Origin: Octopus bimaculoides
Taxonomy: Eukaryota
Assembly (NCBI RefSeq): GCF_001194135.2
Contig: NC_068991.1
Span: forward strand, 43,589,018-43,653,017
Direction: 5' to 3'
Length of the DNA stretch: 64,000 bases
Numbering within the stretch: the first letter of the stretch is position 1; each line of letters begins with the position of its first letter. The notes under the pieces are model-generated. The model did not search any database, had not been told where the DNA came from, and saw only the letters and a list, made by a program, of their open reading frames with translations. Both the position numbers and the translations under genes were made by a program. This document shows positions 1 to 13,851 of the stretch, in pieces.

Positions 1-1990
1 ATCTTCCTTGAACAAAGTTCAAATGCCAAGGAGTACTATGGGGAGGTACTCGATCCAGCATTGATTATCAGGATAAGTATGAAATGCAGCTTTCAACTGT
101 CAATAAAAATGCTCCCCCATTCCATTGGATGCGGGATGGTAACTTGTAGTATGTATCTGATGAGCACCAATGATATTGGTAAGCTCTGAGAAGAGATGGG
201 ACTCAAATTGTCTACCATGGTCTGTAGTGATGGTGCTACGGACACCATAATACAATATCCAGCTCAATACCAGGGCTCATGCTACAGCGTAAGCAGAAAT
301 ATCAATTAGACCAGCAAGTGTAACTATCAATACTAGTAAGGATGTAAGTAAGGCCAGGGTCCAACACAATCGATGTAGATGTGGAGGAAATGTGCATCTG
401 ATGTGCTGAAGGTGCTGAGGGGCACACAAATGTGTTTATGCACTTTTAACCTTTGACAATGGAGACAAGATTAAGACCAGTCAGTGATGTCATGCCTCAT
501 GTTTGGTCAGAAGAATCTAGTTGTAACAAGCTTCACTGAGGTTGAGGTTTCAGGATGCAGTAGATTATACAGGGCTTCAAAAACAGCTTGTCTATGGGTC
601 TCTGGAACAAATGGATGAGGTGAATCTGATGATACATCACACAGGGTCTGGTTGGCATGGGGAAGTATTTGAATTTGCATGTCACAAATTTGGGAGAAGA
701 TTTCTTAATTGAGTCCAGAGGAAAAAAATATTCAGGTCGATATCTGCAGTGGATGCTAAAGAATTAATCAGCAGATGGGACAATGCATCTGCAGCAGTGT
801 TTGTGCACTGGAGATGAGTTGAATATCATTGGTGAATGGCAATATAAAGTCAAGGTGTTGAGTCTCGCTTGGTGAGTACTTTTCTGGCTTGGAACTGCTT
901 CACAGAAAGGTAGATCGGCAACAGTTCATGACTGAACATGCTGTAACGTGTTTCAGCAAGTTTCAGCTTCTGAGAAAAAAAGCAAGAGGTTGCAAGTGTT
1001 GCTGTAAAACAGCACAAATTGCAGTATCTGATGCATCTACCACAAGTGAAAGCTTTGCATCAGAGACAGGGTGTGCAAGGAGAGATGCTTTAGGGACCTC
1101 ATGTTTTACAGTGTCAAAAGCTTTGATTTGAATAGGAGTCAGTGAAATAGTTTCATTCTTCTTGCATTGGTTCTTGTGAAGCTCATTGAATGGAAACAGG
1201 AGTCCAGCACAGTCAGGAATGAATCAATGATAGAAGTTAAGTAAGCCAAGGAAGTGGTGTAACTGATGAAGAGAAGTCAGAGGGGGAATGTCCTCAATAG
1301 CTCGCGCTTTGTCTGGTAGAAGTTGAATGCCATCTTTGTCTATGAATTGACCAAGAAACACATTTAGCCGGGTTAATTCACACTTTATATTGGGTAAGGC
1401 ACTGGAAAAGTAACCTTAAATGACAAGCATGTTCTGCTGAAGCACTGGCAATTAGGAGATCATTGATATAGGCATAGATGAAATCCAGTCCATGAATGAC
1501 TTTGTCTATGAACTGTTGAAATGTGCTGACAGCATTTCGGAGGCCAAATGACAGTCAAGAATCTGAACGAGCCAAATGGGGTTGTTACTGCCATCTTCGG
1601 AATGTCTTCAGGGTGGACATGGATCTGATGGTAAGCCTTTATCAGATCAAGTTTGGAAAACAGTACAGCAACGCAGTGAGGAAGCAAAATCTTGAAGGTG
1701 AGAAATTGGATACCTATCAGGAATAGTGATAGCATCGAGACACTTAAAATCCCCAGTTGGACACAGAGTTCTTGAGAACCATGTGAAGCAGAGAAGCCTA
1801 CTGACTTGTGGAAAGGCAGAGATTCCGAGCTGCAGTATGTAATTAAACTCGGCTTTCGCTACCTTAAACTTTTCCAGAGGCAGATGATGAGGACAGGTAA
1901 ACACTGATGCACCATTCCTTGAGATAAAATGTTCTGTGGAGTGAGCCAGAGTATTCACTTGGAAATTCAAAAATACCTTTTCTGACATGC
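1..1990 (-). mobile_element. Degenerate Ty3/Gypsy LTR-retrotransposon pol (RT-RNaseH-integrase), truncated by the window edge
   Basis: Minus-strand frames with stops and frameshifts: RT ...[58 protein letters not shown] (YxDD-like, ~1450-1490); RNaseH LVVDASDTA (~1021-1046); integrase QLKAAFHTYPDNQCWIEYLPIVLLGI (~25-100). No LTR recognised. Confidence 0.92.
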
Positions 1991-3188
1991 TACGAACTTG
2001 ACAGTCATAATAAATTGTATATAAACAACAACGTTCCCAAAACTTTCCTTGAATCTGTTGTGGGGAAGAGATCATACCACTGAGATAAATAGACTTGATT
2101 CATAAAAAAATATATATTTCCTTTATGATCTTCAAGAGTTGGACCACAAATACTGATGACGGGGCAGGGTTCAGAGATGAATAAAATGTACTTACAGAGG
2201 CTGGTAAAATATTGAATTTGTTTATCAAGATAATTCAAGTCCTACATACAATAAAAATTCATGAGTTTACTCCTGGCTGAAGAAGATGTAGGTACGAATA
2301 GTACTTGTTAATAAAAAAGGATTAAACTGTTTAATTTCTATGTGGTCTTTGAAACCGCTAAAACTTTAAGGACAAGACACAATGTGATAATGTAGTCCTA
2401 TATCTACCATAAATGACAAGATGGACATGGTTAAAATACCTTTGATTATAGGTTTTGCTCCATTAGGTTTCATCCAGGGCTAAACTACAAATGTGTTTCA
2501 TTAAAAACAAGAAAAGATGCATTTTATGTAAATTTTACATCAATATAAACTTTTGTATTTTTACATACATGCATAAACACAGACACAGAGATGGACAAAC
2601 AGAAATAAATACTTAATAAAACTTAAAGAAAATTAGAAACTATATTTTCTATCAATTATTTTTTTTTTCTTGATATTTCTATTTTAAATGAAAAGAATGC
2701 TTAGCAAAAAATAACAGACAAAACAAATCAAATGAAAAGTTGGCTTTTATTCAATAACTGGATGTATATTTTAAAGCCAGAATGGCAGTGTTTGAAGATT
2801 TCTTCAATTAAAAATAGCTTAACTGCTTCAACATCTTTTAATAAAGATCATCATTATTATTACTGTTATCATCATCATCATTTTCATCATCATAAACACT
2901 AAAGCCAGCTCTATATTATCTGTAATGTCATAAGTAACTGGTTGACACTGCAGATAATAAGAAGCTGAACTGATTTTTTTTTTTTTTTGCCTAAATCATA
3001 TCTGTGCCTCATATTTTGAGTTCAAATCTTGCAGCAGTTGACTTAATATTTAATTTTTCTGGAGGAATAAAATACCAATGATGTTTTGGTAACGAATCAA
3101 TAAACTATATGTTTTCTTCCTATCAAAAAAAATTTGTGCCGGGTAAATAAAAAAACTATATATACTATTATTTAGTTTTTTTGACCAT

Positions 3189-3985
3189 NNNNNNNNNNNN
3201 NNNNNNNNNNNNNNNNNNNNNNNNNNNNNNNNNNNNNNNNNNNNNNNNNNNNNNNNNNNNNNNNNNNNNNNNNNNNNNNNNNNNNNNNNNNNNNNNNNNN
3301 NNNNNNNNNNNNNNNNNNNNNNNNNNNNNNNNNNNNNNNNNNNNNNNNNNNNNNNNNNNNNNNNNNNNNNNNNNNNNNNNNNNNNNNNNNNNNNNNNNNN
3401 NNNNNNNNNNNNNNNNNNNNNNNNNNNNNNNNNNNNNNNNNNNNNNNNNNNNNNNNNNNNNNNNNNNNNNNNNNNNNNNNNNNNNNNNNNNNNNNNNNNN
3501 NNNNNNNNNNNNNNNNNNNNNNNNNNNNNNNNNNNNNNNNNNNNNNNNNNNNNNNNNNNNNNNNNNNNNNNNNNNNNNNNNNNNNNNNNNNNNNNNNNNN
3601 NNNNNNNNNNNNNNNNNNNNNNNNNNNNNNNNNNNNNNNNNNNNNNNNNNNNNNNNNNNNNNNNNNNNNNNNNNNNNNNNNNNNNNNNNNNNNNNNNNNN
3701 NNNNNNNNNNNNNNNNNNNNNNNNNNNNNNNNNNNNNNNNNNNNNNNNNNNNNNNNNNNNNNNNNNNNNNNNNNNNNNNNNNNNNNNNNNNNNNNNNNNN
3801 NNNNNNNNNNNNNNNNNNNNNNNNNNNNNNNNNNNNNNNNNNNNNNNNNNNNNNNNNNNNNNNNNNNNNNNNNNNNNNNNNNNNNNNNNNNNNNNNNNNN
3901 NNNNNNNNNNNNNNNNNNNNNNNNNNNNNNNNNNNNNNNNNNNNNNNNNNNNNNNNNNNNNNNNNNNNNNNNNNNNNNNNNNNNN
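3189..3985. other. Assembly gap (N). Other gaps: 23205-23267, 26128-26540, 40890-40899, 44143-44152, 47615-48165
   Basis: Runs of N, mostly abutting microsatellites or SINEs. Confidence 1.
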
Positions 3986-4004
3986 TATATATATATATAT
4001 GGAT

Positions 4005-4112
4005 GAGGAGTCTGTGGAGTGCTCAGCCACTTGCACGTTAATTTCACGAGCAAGCTGTTCCGTTGATCGGATCAACTGGAACCCTCGACGTCGTAAGTGA
4101 CAGAGTGCCAAC
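4005..4112 (+). mobile_element. Young SINE-like repeat fragment (GTGGAGTGCTCAGCCACTTGCACGTTAATTTCACGAGC...)
   Basis: CpG-rich segment matching an Octopus repeat I recall; CpGs are not decayed. Confidence 0.6.
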
Positions 4113-4544
4113 ATGGATGAGGAATACCATTTTCAAAGTTAGTGTGATTCACTAGTGTATTTTTTTAGTGTAAATAGTTATCGACGGTTTCCACTATACC
4201 TTATGTTTGCTCATACAGTTAAACCATCCATAAAAATGTTTCTTTACCCACCAAAAATATACTATGAAACTACACATACTTTCAAATTGTATGGCCCTCC
4301 TACAAGTGAGCTAGAAAATATGAGTAACTTGGAAAATAGAATAAACTTTACAGTCTCATAAAGGCAAGGAAGCTGAAGCTTCGAAATTACTATCAACTTC
4401 TTTGTTAAAATAAATACGAACTCTACATAAATGGATTGAGATAGTCAAACTTGAACATTTTAACTCATACTTGAACATACTTAACTCATACTCGAACATT
4501 TTTTAAATATAGCTATACATAAAAACAACATTAATACATACACA

Positions 4545-4748
4545 TATATATTTATTCATTCATTCATACATGTATAGATGCATACACATGCATGCAGAAC
4601 ATGTATATATACACACATGCATATATGTATACATTCATATAAATATATATGTACGTATATATAGATATACATACATATAAATGTATACATATACACAAAT
4701 ACACACACATATCTACACATACATGTATAGGAAAATAGATGTCAAAGC

Positions 4749-4779
<31 letters not shown>

Positions 4780-4830
4780 GATAGATAGAAACTCATACAC
4801 ACACATACAAATATATAAATAATTAATATA
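4545..4830. repeat. Compound (TA)n/(CA)n microsatellite tract
   Basis: Directly visible; produces spurious Y/I/M/C-rich ORFs. Confidence 0.95.
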
Positions 4831-4974
4831 GATAGCAGTGAGCAATGTGTTACCAAAAAGGAAAACTATAATTGTCATTAAATATGACAAAGGGTGTTAG
4901 AGCACCTACATTGTATAGAAATAATATATGTACATTTATAGAGATATATACATACACACACATATATATGCTGA

Positions 4975-5120
4975 GTAGTTCTTAAGGACGAAAGGCGCAG
5001 GAGGAAGAACTGCAACACTACATCATCAAATCCTGACCAGACCTTCAACTGCAGCCACTATGGCTGTGCCTGCCTGTTAAATATTGGCCTGGTCTTCGTT
5101 TATTAAGCCAAGGCAGCATC
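4975..5120 (+). mobile_element. RTE-clade LINE 3' fragment (C-terminal Cys/His knuckle region)
   Basis: Translates approximately KDERRRRKN...QTFNCSHYGCACLLNIGLV, resembling the RTE motif FxCxxCGRxCxSRIGLxSH. Confidence 0.55.
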
Positions 5121-6160
5121 TATATTCATGTATACACACATATATATGAATATATTGCCCCTTATCACCTTCTTGGCCCACTTCTATTTCCTTACCAGTG
5201 ACTATGCCTCCACTTGCATTCCCCCTTCACTGTGTTCACATCTACCCCATATCTATTTGTCATATGCCACTCACACTCTTGTGAACTTACCTACTCACTC
5301 CCTTTTGTGACCTATCCCTTTCACTCTTTTACATCCACCATGTACTTTGCGAGTACATCCTCATCATCCTCTCTTTCTTTTCCAGCTGGGGAAGTCATGT
5401 ATTTCCACTTTAGTAAGACACCCTCTATCTTACTTTCTGAGTCCCCAATACTATCTCCCTGCACAGTAGAGGTGTCATGTCATATGAGCCAATTAGTGAC
5501 TGGAAAAATGACAGTACCACTAAAAAAGCACTCAGTACAATCTGTAAAATGGATGGTGTTAGGAAGCACATTCAACCATAGAAACCATGCTAAAGCAAAC
5601 ATTGAATCATGACACAATTCTTTGGCTTGTTGGCTCCTGTTGAACCATCCAATCCAAGCATTCCATAAGTCAGAAAATATAGGCATATGTATATTTGTCA
5701 ATAGAGTGGATATATTCATTGAAATATACAGTATTATGGATCCATTGCTGCCAATCTTACCAATTGGTTTTGCACCAAATATTAAGTAATGAGACAGTTA
5801 TACAACTCTGCTCATTAAAAATGGCAACTATTTTCTGTTACTGAAAGTGAGAAATTGTCACTTCTAGTTTGTGGGTGTTGTGAAAAAAATAAAATGAAGT
5901 CATGGAAGACAAGCAAGGGATCTATAAAGAGGTATGTCTCTTGTCCACCAAAAAACCTGAATAAGGTGTGCTGTATTAATAAGCATGCAGAAGGTATTTT
6001 GAAGGGGTTGATATATGTAGAAGCAAGTGGGTACCCAAATCTTTAACCCTACATATGGGAGCATATACATATGTCTGTGTGTATGGTTTTGGTCAAATCT
6101 ATGTTGGCTCTCAAAATGTAAAGGTGGATGAACTGATGATGGAGGACTTAGCATTTATAA

Positions 6161-6560
6161 TCATGGTGGATCTCCTAGGTAAGACAATACATATTTTCTC
6201 ATGTGAGTTAGGTTAAAAATTCTGCTCCTGCAGTTTAGATAGGTGTCTGGGTGAAGAGAGTTTTTTAACACAAATCTTTTCTCAGTTAGACATAGCCTGC
6301 ACTTTCTACTAATTGTAATATAAGTCTTGCACATCTCCAGGATTCTTGACTTGGCACTTTCCTTCAATGACTATAAATGCTTAGCTAGGGCTGTGACATT
6401 GCATCTCTCCTAAATATTAAGTCTGGTTGTGAAAGGACCTGTTGCATGTTTGACTGCCTGCTGGAGTCCTTTGATGTCACCTGTGTCTCATATACAACTA
6501 TCTCTGTGTTGCAGTAGCTGTTAAGAGAACATGTGGTGTTGCCTCTGTCTTAGGTGTGAG
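6161..6560 (-). mobile_element. Penelope-like element relic, GIY-YIG endonuclease and C-terminus
   Basis: Minus strand: CSLNSYCNTEIVVYETQVT...PFTTRL...ALAKHL, then ORF 6161-6367 RILEMCKTYITISRKCRLCLTEKRFVL...TYLNCRSRIFNLTHMRK. This resembles the PLE pattern CPLxGxCL..VY.A.V / CNLCLxEK..LNKRSE..CRH. Confidence 0.75.
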
Positions 6561-7720
6561 TCTACTTACTAATATTTTATTTAAATTGGATGCACAGCTA
6601 AAAGAAACTTTTAAAGTGTATCTATTATTTTATGGAAGCAATTCATATGGAGAACACATTTACCCACTAAGTTAAGGAAGATCTTACCCACACTAGCTTT
6701 TATGTTAGGGATAAGTGGGTATGAACCACAATAATTTCAGATGGTGTTTTCTTCCAGTGGGGTTAAAGTCAGGTAACTAATCCCATCCTTAAAACAGCTG
6801 GCAGCCAGAGCCTTGCTGTAGTATGAAGCAGTGGCTTCAAAAATCTCTTCACTTGAAGACAGGTCGGAGATTCTTCTGCTGACACCCTTCACTAAGTTCT
6901 TGAACACTACAACTGAATGATAGAAAGCTATGCTATTGTATGCCAGCTTTTAAAGTGTACAATAAAGCTTTTATTGTATGTCAGCTTCTTAAAAGGCTTA
7001 TAGGCACTGGATTCCAAGTCAAAAGTCACATCAAAGAAATCAACTATCTTCAGGTTGGTTTCTATTGTGACCTTGAAGTTAAGAGAATTCAGAGTAAGGG
7101 TTAGGTCCTTCCTTTAGCAAAGGCTGAAGTTCTAGAAAACACCCAACCATTCAGCAAACTGTAGCTCTACTCACTCAGGTGCTGCAAATGATACTATTTA
7201 TCCCCCTTTACTTCATTGTATCCCTCCTAGTGTCCCTTATTACCTCCTCCATCTCCATGACCTACACCTATTTTCTTCACTTTTCCTTCCTCACACTTAT
7301 ATTTACTGCATCCACCACAATCCTCATCTCTAATCACAAAACATCCTAGCATCCTTACCTACCCACCCACCTTTTTCTGTTCTTCTATCACTATTTTCTC
7401 TCATATTCACCTTGTAGCCAAAAAATATGCCTTTCACCATCTCTCTTTTCAACTGTGGACGCCATGTATTCATCTCTTCAGCAAGACCCTGTTCCTGTCC
7501 CTATATAACACTTTCATCTTCAATTTAATACCCAACTCAGATGAGGGGGAGGGTCTTGTTTTGCAACTACTTGGTAACCTCACTAGTGCTGGTGCCACAG
7601 AAAAGCACCCCCAGTCCACTCTCTAAAGTGGTTGGTATATGGGAAGAGCAACTCATTGAAGAAACCATGCCAAAACAGATATTGGAGCTTGGTGCAGCCT
7701 GCAGCTTATCAGTTCCTATT

Positions 7721-7723
7721 GTA

Positions 7724-7774
<51 letters not shown>
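7721..7774. repeat. (TG)n(TA)n microsatellite
   Basis: Directly visible. Confidence 0.95.
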
Positions 7775-7779
<5 letters not shown>

Positions 7780-8339
7780 TGTATAACCATACTTAACATA
7801 TTTGTGTACATTCAGTCATAAAAAGATATACACTACAGAGATTGTCTCAATAGAATACTTATTAAAAAGATGTGAAACAATTGGGCTATGAATGATGTCA
7901 GACCACAAAGCACATGTGTTTCTGCATTATTGTGCATCATCAGCTATGAATACCAAGTCATTCTTCATAGCCACCAAGGAAAGGTTGTTCTTATATTAAA
8001 CCAGCAAATAGTAGGTTTGCTGTTGAGTGCAAAGCTTTGTCAGGCTGGAATTAATTAGCGGTGTACTAAGCAGCATGGAATGAAATATAAGAGAGTAGAA
8101 TTATGTTTAGCATATTTGTGTATACTCAGATATGGAAGGTCATGCTGCAGAAATTATCTCAAGAGAAAAATTCACCTTTTTGACAACACATGCGAAAACA
8201 CAATATTGGACTATGTTTGACATCATCAGACTGTAGAACACATGCATTTTGGCGTCATTGTGCACCATCAGCTAATATATCATTTGTTGTTCTAATATAA
8301 GAACACCCTATTCATGTGACTCTGATTAATGACTAGGTG

Positions 8340-8342
8340 TGG

Positions 8343-8377
<35 letters not shown>

Positions 8378-8620
8378 AACATATACACAAAGATAAATAC
8401 ACACACACACATATATATAAATATATATGTGCATATATCATCCATCCATTCAAAAACTCATCTTTATATATATATATATATATGCATATATAAATACACA
8501 CCAAAACACATACATACATAAACCTATATAACACACACGTATTTGTATAGAGACATAGTCATGTATACATGCATACATTCACCCAGTCCTACACACATAT
8601 GTAGACACACAAACATGAAC
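8340..8620. repeat. Compound (TA)n/(CA)n microsatellite
   Basis: Directly visible. Confidence 0.9.
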
Positions 8621-11600
8621 ATAGACACATTTTGTATATGGAAGAATTGGACAGGATTGCAGAAAGCAATCAAATTTTAGTAAGAAATCTCAAAGTGAAT
8701 TTATTTGAGATGGAGCCTTGCTTGAGGGTAACATACAAAATATAGTTACATATACATGGAACTGGTGGAGGAAACAAACGCCAGGGGAGAATACAAGAAT
8801 TTGTAAAAAGTTAACAGATCCTTCAACCATATAAAAAACTATCTTACTGTTGTATCCACATAAATGGTTAGACTGATGGTGATAAAGAAATTTTTATAAC
8901 AAAACAAAAATACCAGATCAATATAAAGGGAAAAACACATACATATATAGTTATAATAATAAAATTTTCTATAATATACATTCGAGGAGGACGAAAAAAA
9001 CAAAAAAACTGGTAGTTAGGAAAATTTTCAAAAAATTCTAAAAATGATTTTTAAATTTAAGGAATTATACAGCGATTAAATAATTTAATTATGAGAAAAA
9101 CATTGAAGACAACAGCATTAAGAATGTTTAATAAGATAATTGTCAAATATGTTTTTCACAGATTCATTCAGTATTTATTCAAATTTTTATTATCATTTCT
9201 CCAATAAATATGTTAAAAAATAGTCAAAGAGGGAGCTTTAGTGCAAGTCACTAAGTCACCAAATCTGTACTCTACTGGGACCATATGCTGTATCTTAATT
9301 TCTAGAACAAACTGCTCGTTACAAAGTTACAAGATGAAAGCTAAAATTCTAACAGGTCTATAAAATTCAGACAGTCACCAATCTAGGACACCATCATTAG
9401 CTGATGAAAGAATATAGTAATAAATACAAATACATATATATATATATATGTGTGTATGTATATATAAATCACCATAAATCTCTAGCATGCTGGTACTTCA
9501 TAATCTTCATAAAAATTAAAATTGACAATATTTATGAAACACTCATGTTAATGTAGCAGCCAAGTTTTCTCTCAATCAAATCCTTACCCCCTTCAATATT
9601 GCAATTAGTTATTCCATGTACTAACCCCAATGAAACGTTTTGCCTGACATAGCTGGGCTGGTCAACATTAAAAAAGGTAACAGAATAGGCCTAATAAAAT
9701 CAATGATACAGAAACACATACATACTCAATGAAATGTCTCTTTATTCTACAAGGAAGAAGTATTCAGCAATTTTTCCTATTATTTGGTCATTTTTCTCAA
9801 TCTTCTGACAATGTCAAGTGAGAAAAACTTCAGATAGAAACACAAAAATATATTTGTTTTGAAAAAAAAAACAAAAAAAAAACCCAACACCAATTTTCTC
9901 ATGCTACATTATCAATGGTACAATGGATATTTCATTATTTGCATACGAGTCTTGTGCTCAAATCTAGCATTAAAGTTGCTTTTGTTTCAAAGTAGAGTAT
10001 TTGACATGGGCTCAGTTGGCCTAACTTTTGTGAATAAATATCAGATCTTTTGGAAATGTGCAAGCTCCCAGCAATCATCTTGCCATTGGATCTCATCTCT
10101 AGTTCTGATTACAAGTGGCCTATAATGGCAATTGTGTAACAACCTGTCACCCTTATCAGTTGGATATTCTCCTCAGGTATAAAGAATCTCAGCAAGTTTT
10201 TATTTAAAAAAAAGATTTTTTTATATTATTACTATTATTAGAGTGCTGCACATCATATGATAGGAAACTTTGGAACTATATTTTGGCTACCATGCACAGA
10301 ATCAGGAAATATGGCATACATACAATAATTATAATTTAACTTTTATCAAATTTCTTGGTGCTTATACAAAATGATGAAATGAATGCTAATTTTTTAATTT
10401 GAAATTAAATGAAACAATATTCAAAAAGTAAAAATCAAAATTATATTCCATGTTGAATTTTTTACTATGGAAGTTTACATATTCACCTCATGTCCCTCTG
10501 TATATATTTACACACATACACATCCGCTCTTTTCCTTCTGTTTCTATGATTCTTTCTCTGTTTAAAACATTCATTTACTCATTGCCTGCCACCAATCTAG
10601 TATGTACACTCAACCTGCAGCTCTATTTTTAACTCTCTGTAAAAGTGTAATTGGGGAAATTAATCAACCAACATTAATATTAGCTATCATATAGAGATTA
10701 TTGTTAGGACAGTATGACAGACTAAATGTCTGAGTTATTTCCCTTCTCCCTCCCACTGAAGTTGACTTGTTTCTCCAGTACCAATGAAATTAATTCTACA
10801 CTTCCCTCAAATTTGTGGTCCTTTTGTCAGAGTTAAAAAGCATTATTAGTGTTATCCACAATGTTACAATAGAACAGAGTGGATTTGAGGATTAGTTTGT
10901 TAAAACAATCCAGCAATATTTCGATTATTCCCCAAGGTTTTCCTGCGACACCAGTAAGCCTATTATTTTTCTGCCAGAAAATAAAAACTGCATGGGAAGG
11001 GACAACTAAGTATCCAATTTTTTTTTTTTCATCTAAGTCAGAAATGGCTGATAAAATCTGCTGTAAGACTTATCAATATTAATCTTAGTTGTGGATTTTG
11101 AACAAATTCAGATATTCATACAAGTATTCTTAAAGTAGCAGTTTACTTAAAAGGACACTTATCCCTAGTAATGGTTTTTTAGATTGACTTGAAGGCTAAA
11201 ACCTTTTAGGGATGTGAAATTGCAAGATGTGTCTTTCATGCTTTTTATTTTATTTTTTCTTAATAGTAGCATTGGAGCCACAAGTTAAGAGGAACAGTTG
11301 CAACACTGATTTGAAATCACACCACAGATTTATTTTAGCTTCCAATTACTCATGGTAATTATTTTGGATTTGGGTATAAAATTAAATTTTTTAAGAGTAA
11401 GCTATAATCAATTGAATTTACCACACCAAATTACTGGTACTTATTTTATCAATCCTACAGAGATGAAAGGTAAAATTTCAAATGTGAACTCAGAACTGAG
11501 ATAGATTGAGATGAAAGGCAAAGTTTCAAATGTGAACTCAGAGATAGCTTGAACTGTATAAAGTACAATTCAAAATCTGTAAGAGCTGTTGAGGATGTAT

Positions 11601-13634
11601 GCTGGCAATAATTAATCTATAGGGAAATTGATAGAAGAGTTTAATAGATTCTTCACAGCAGTTGAAAATGTTTTAGACCCTGGCTTGAAATATTAGTGAG
11701 TGTGTGTATGCTTTAATGCAAAACAAACAAATCTTAAATATAAATTCAACATGATAATGCATTTTAGAAGCTACCTTTTGGATTTTATTTTGAGTTAAGT
11801 GTCAGTGTTTAGTCAAATAGATATTTATGTAATACTTCTAAAAGCAAATTGTTGAAAAGAGAGTAAGCAATTACCACCAATGTACATATAAGTTTAACAG
11901 CATGAGTGAAATTTCTGTCTACATCTTTGCAACATATATTAACTAAATTCACTCCAAATACATTTATCACTCAATCCCAATTCATTTCACCTTCTCTTTG
12001 TTAATGTCAATACAGAACAGGTGTATATCACTTGAATATACTCTTTCCACCTAAATTAAAAAAGAAAAATTATAGAAAGCAAAATAATGGTTCAGGACTT
12101 TACAATTTTGAAAAGAAATTATGCCAAAGTTACATAAATCTTTGATGGTCAATAAAACAAATTTTTCAGAAGCAATAATACAAATTTCATTAATTAGCTG
12201 AGATAATTCAATACCTGATACATGAAAACCAATGATAAACAGTACATTTTCTTAATTTAAACTTTACTGGTGTAAAGGCAGGTTTTTTTTTTTTTTTTTT
12301 AATTCTAGGTTTAACAAAGAGAACAGCTGAGTGGAATGATATTTAGATAAGGGTCCTGGACACAAACTATAGACTCCTTTTCTCTAGAAAAGAGCTTGTG
12401 CGTATTGCCTAAGAAAATGTAGGCATAATGTAGCCCTCATTCTGTTATGTACTGTTTTAAGACACTTCTTCCTTGAAAATGACCAAAAAAAAAAAGACAA
12501 ATAAGTTATTACTATACGTTAAATACATGCTTATGTGCACACATGACTGTTATTGATGGAAGTCTTAATAAACCTATTAAACTGAGTGGGAAATAAAGCA
12601 TCCTACCAACCTTAAGAGCCAGAATGGTACATTCTCATTTGAATTAAAACCAAGAGTGTTGATTTAAAACAAGTAGAGACATCCCATATGACTCAAATCA
12701 AAAGCCAGCATGAGAAAGCACATTTAAAGTTTTTGCTAAATATGATGAGGAGGATATTGGCATAAACATGCCATGTGTGATCTGATAATTTGATAGTGTT
12801 CAACACCACAAAAATGAAAATCTATTAATTTTAGAGGTAAATCACACTTACCTTTCTTAGACATCTCATTCTACAACTTAGCATATTCAATAAAGCACCA
12901 TATTCTCAAAACGAAAGTATATTGAAGATACTTGGCTTACACTTGAATGGTAAATAATACTTTACAAATATACTCTACAAGAGAAATCTGTAAACAAATT
13001 TCAGGATGGTACACCACATTTATGTACCAGCATTTTATGAGCCAATGAGGGAGCTTCTAAGTGATTACTCAACCTGTCAGAAACAGCAGCCAGATTTCCC
13101 TTAAATTGTATTCGACCATCTTAGAAAAGAATGGTTAATACACTATGTCAGCTAAATACAAAAAAAGATGTGATGATAGTGATTTGCATACTTTTGATCA
13201 AAGCCATTTGGTCAGCTTGATCAGGGCTGATACGGAGCTAAACAACAACAGTAACTAACAACTGACAACCTTCTGAATTTAACTTGTTATCATGTGATAT
13301 ATTTACTTTATCAGTTTTATCATTCCAATAGTTTTTGATGGTTCTGAAATGGTTCCCCCCACTCATCCCTGTTTGAAATGTCCTAAATCTCCCCCCCCCC
13401 CCAAAAAAAACTTGAAATCTTCCCCACAAAAAATACTATGCTATGGAAAACCTTTTTATCAGATATAGACTCAACATGTCAGTTTTTATACTAACAGCAG
13501 TAATTTAATGCATACCTAATGTATATTTGGATGATGGGAAGCCAAACGAAAATCAAAACTGATGTGTAACGCCCATTATTCTATTACTTTCAAAGTCAAT
13601 GGTCGAAATGAATGTAGTAAATGATATTACTGTA

Positions 13635-13806
13635 GTTCTATATTTAAGAGATGAGGAATTATGTACATTATTTACATTTGATGGATATTTGTCCTCATCT
13701 TGTTTGTTGTTAGCACATTTCGGCTGATATACCATCCACCCTTCATCAGGTGTCTTGGGGAAATTTCGAACCTGGGTTCTCATTCCTAAGGTATTTTTCA
13801 ATGTTG

Positions 13807-13851
<45 letters not shown>

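Noticed and set aside
3050-4114. Long ORFs spanning N runs (also 25995-26588 and 47487-48294)
   Set aside because: Artefacts of gaps translated as X. The only real coding piece nearby is the DESI2 last exon, in a frame not listed.
4360-4390. GAAGC-TGAA-GCTTC-GAAA as a hammerhead stem II
   Set aside because: No CUGANGA box upstream.
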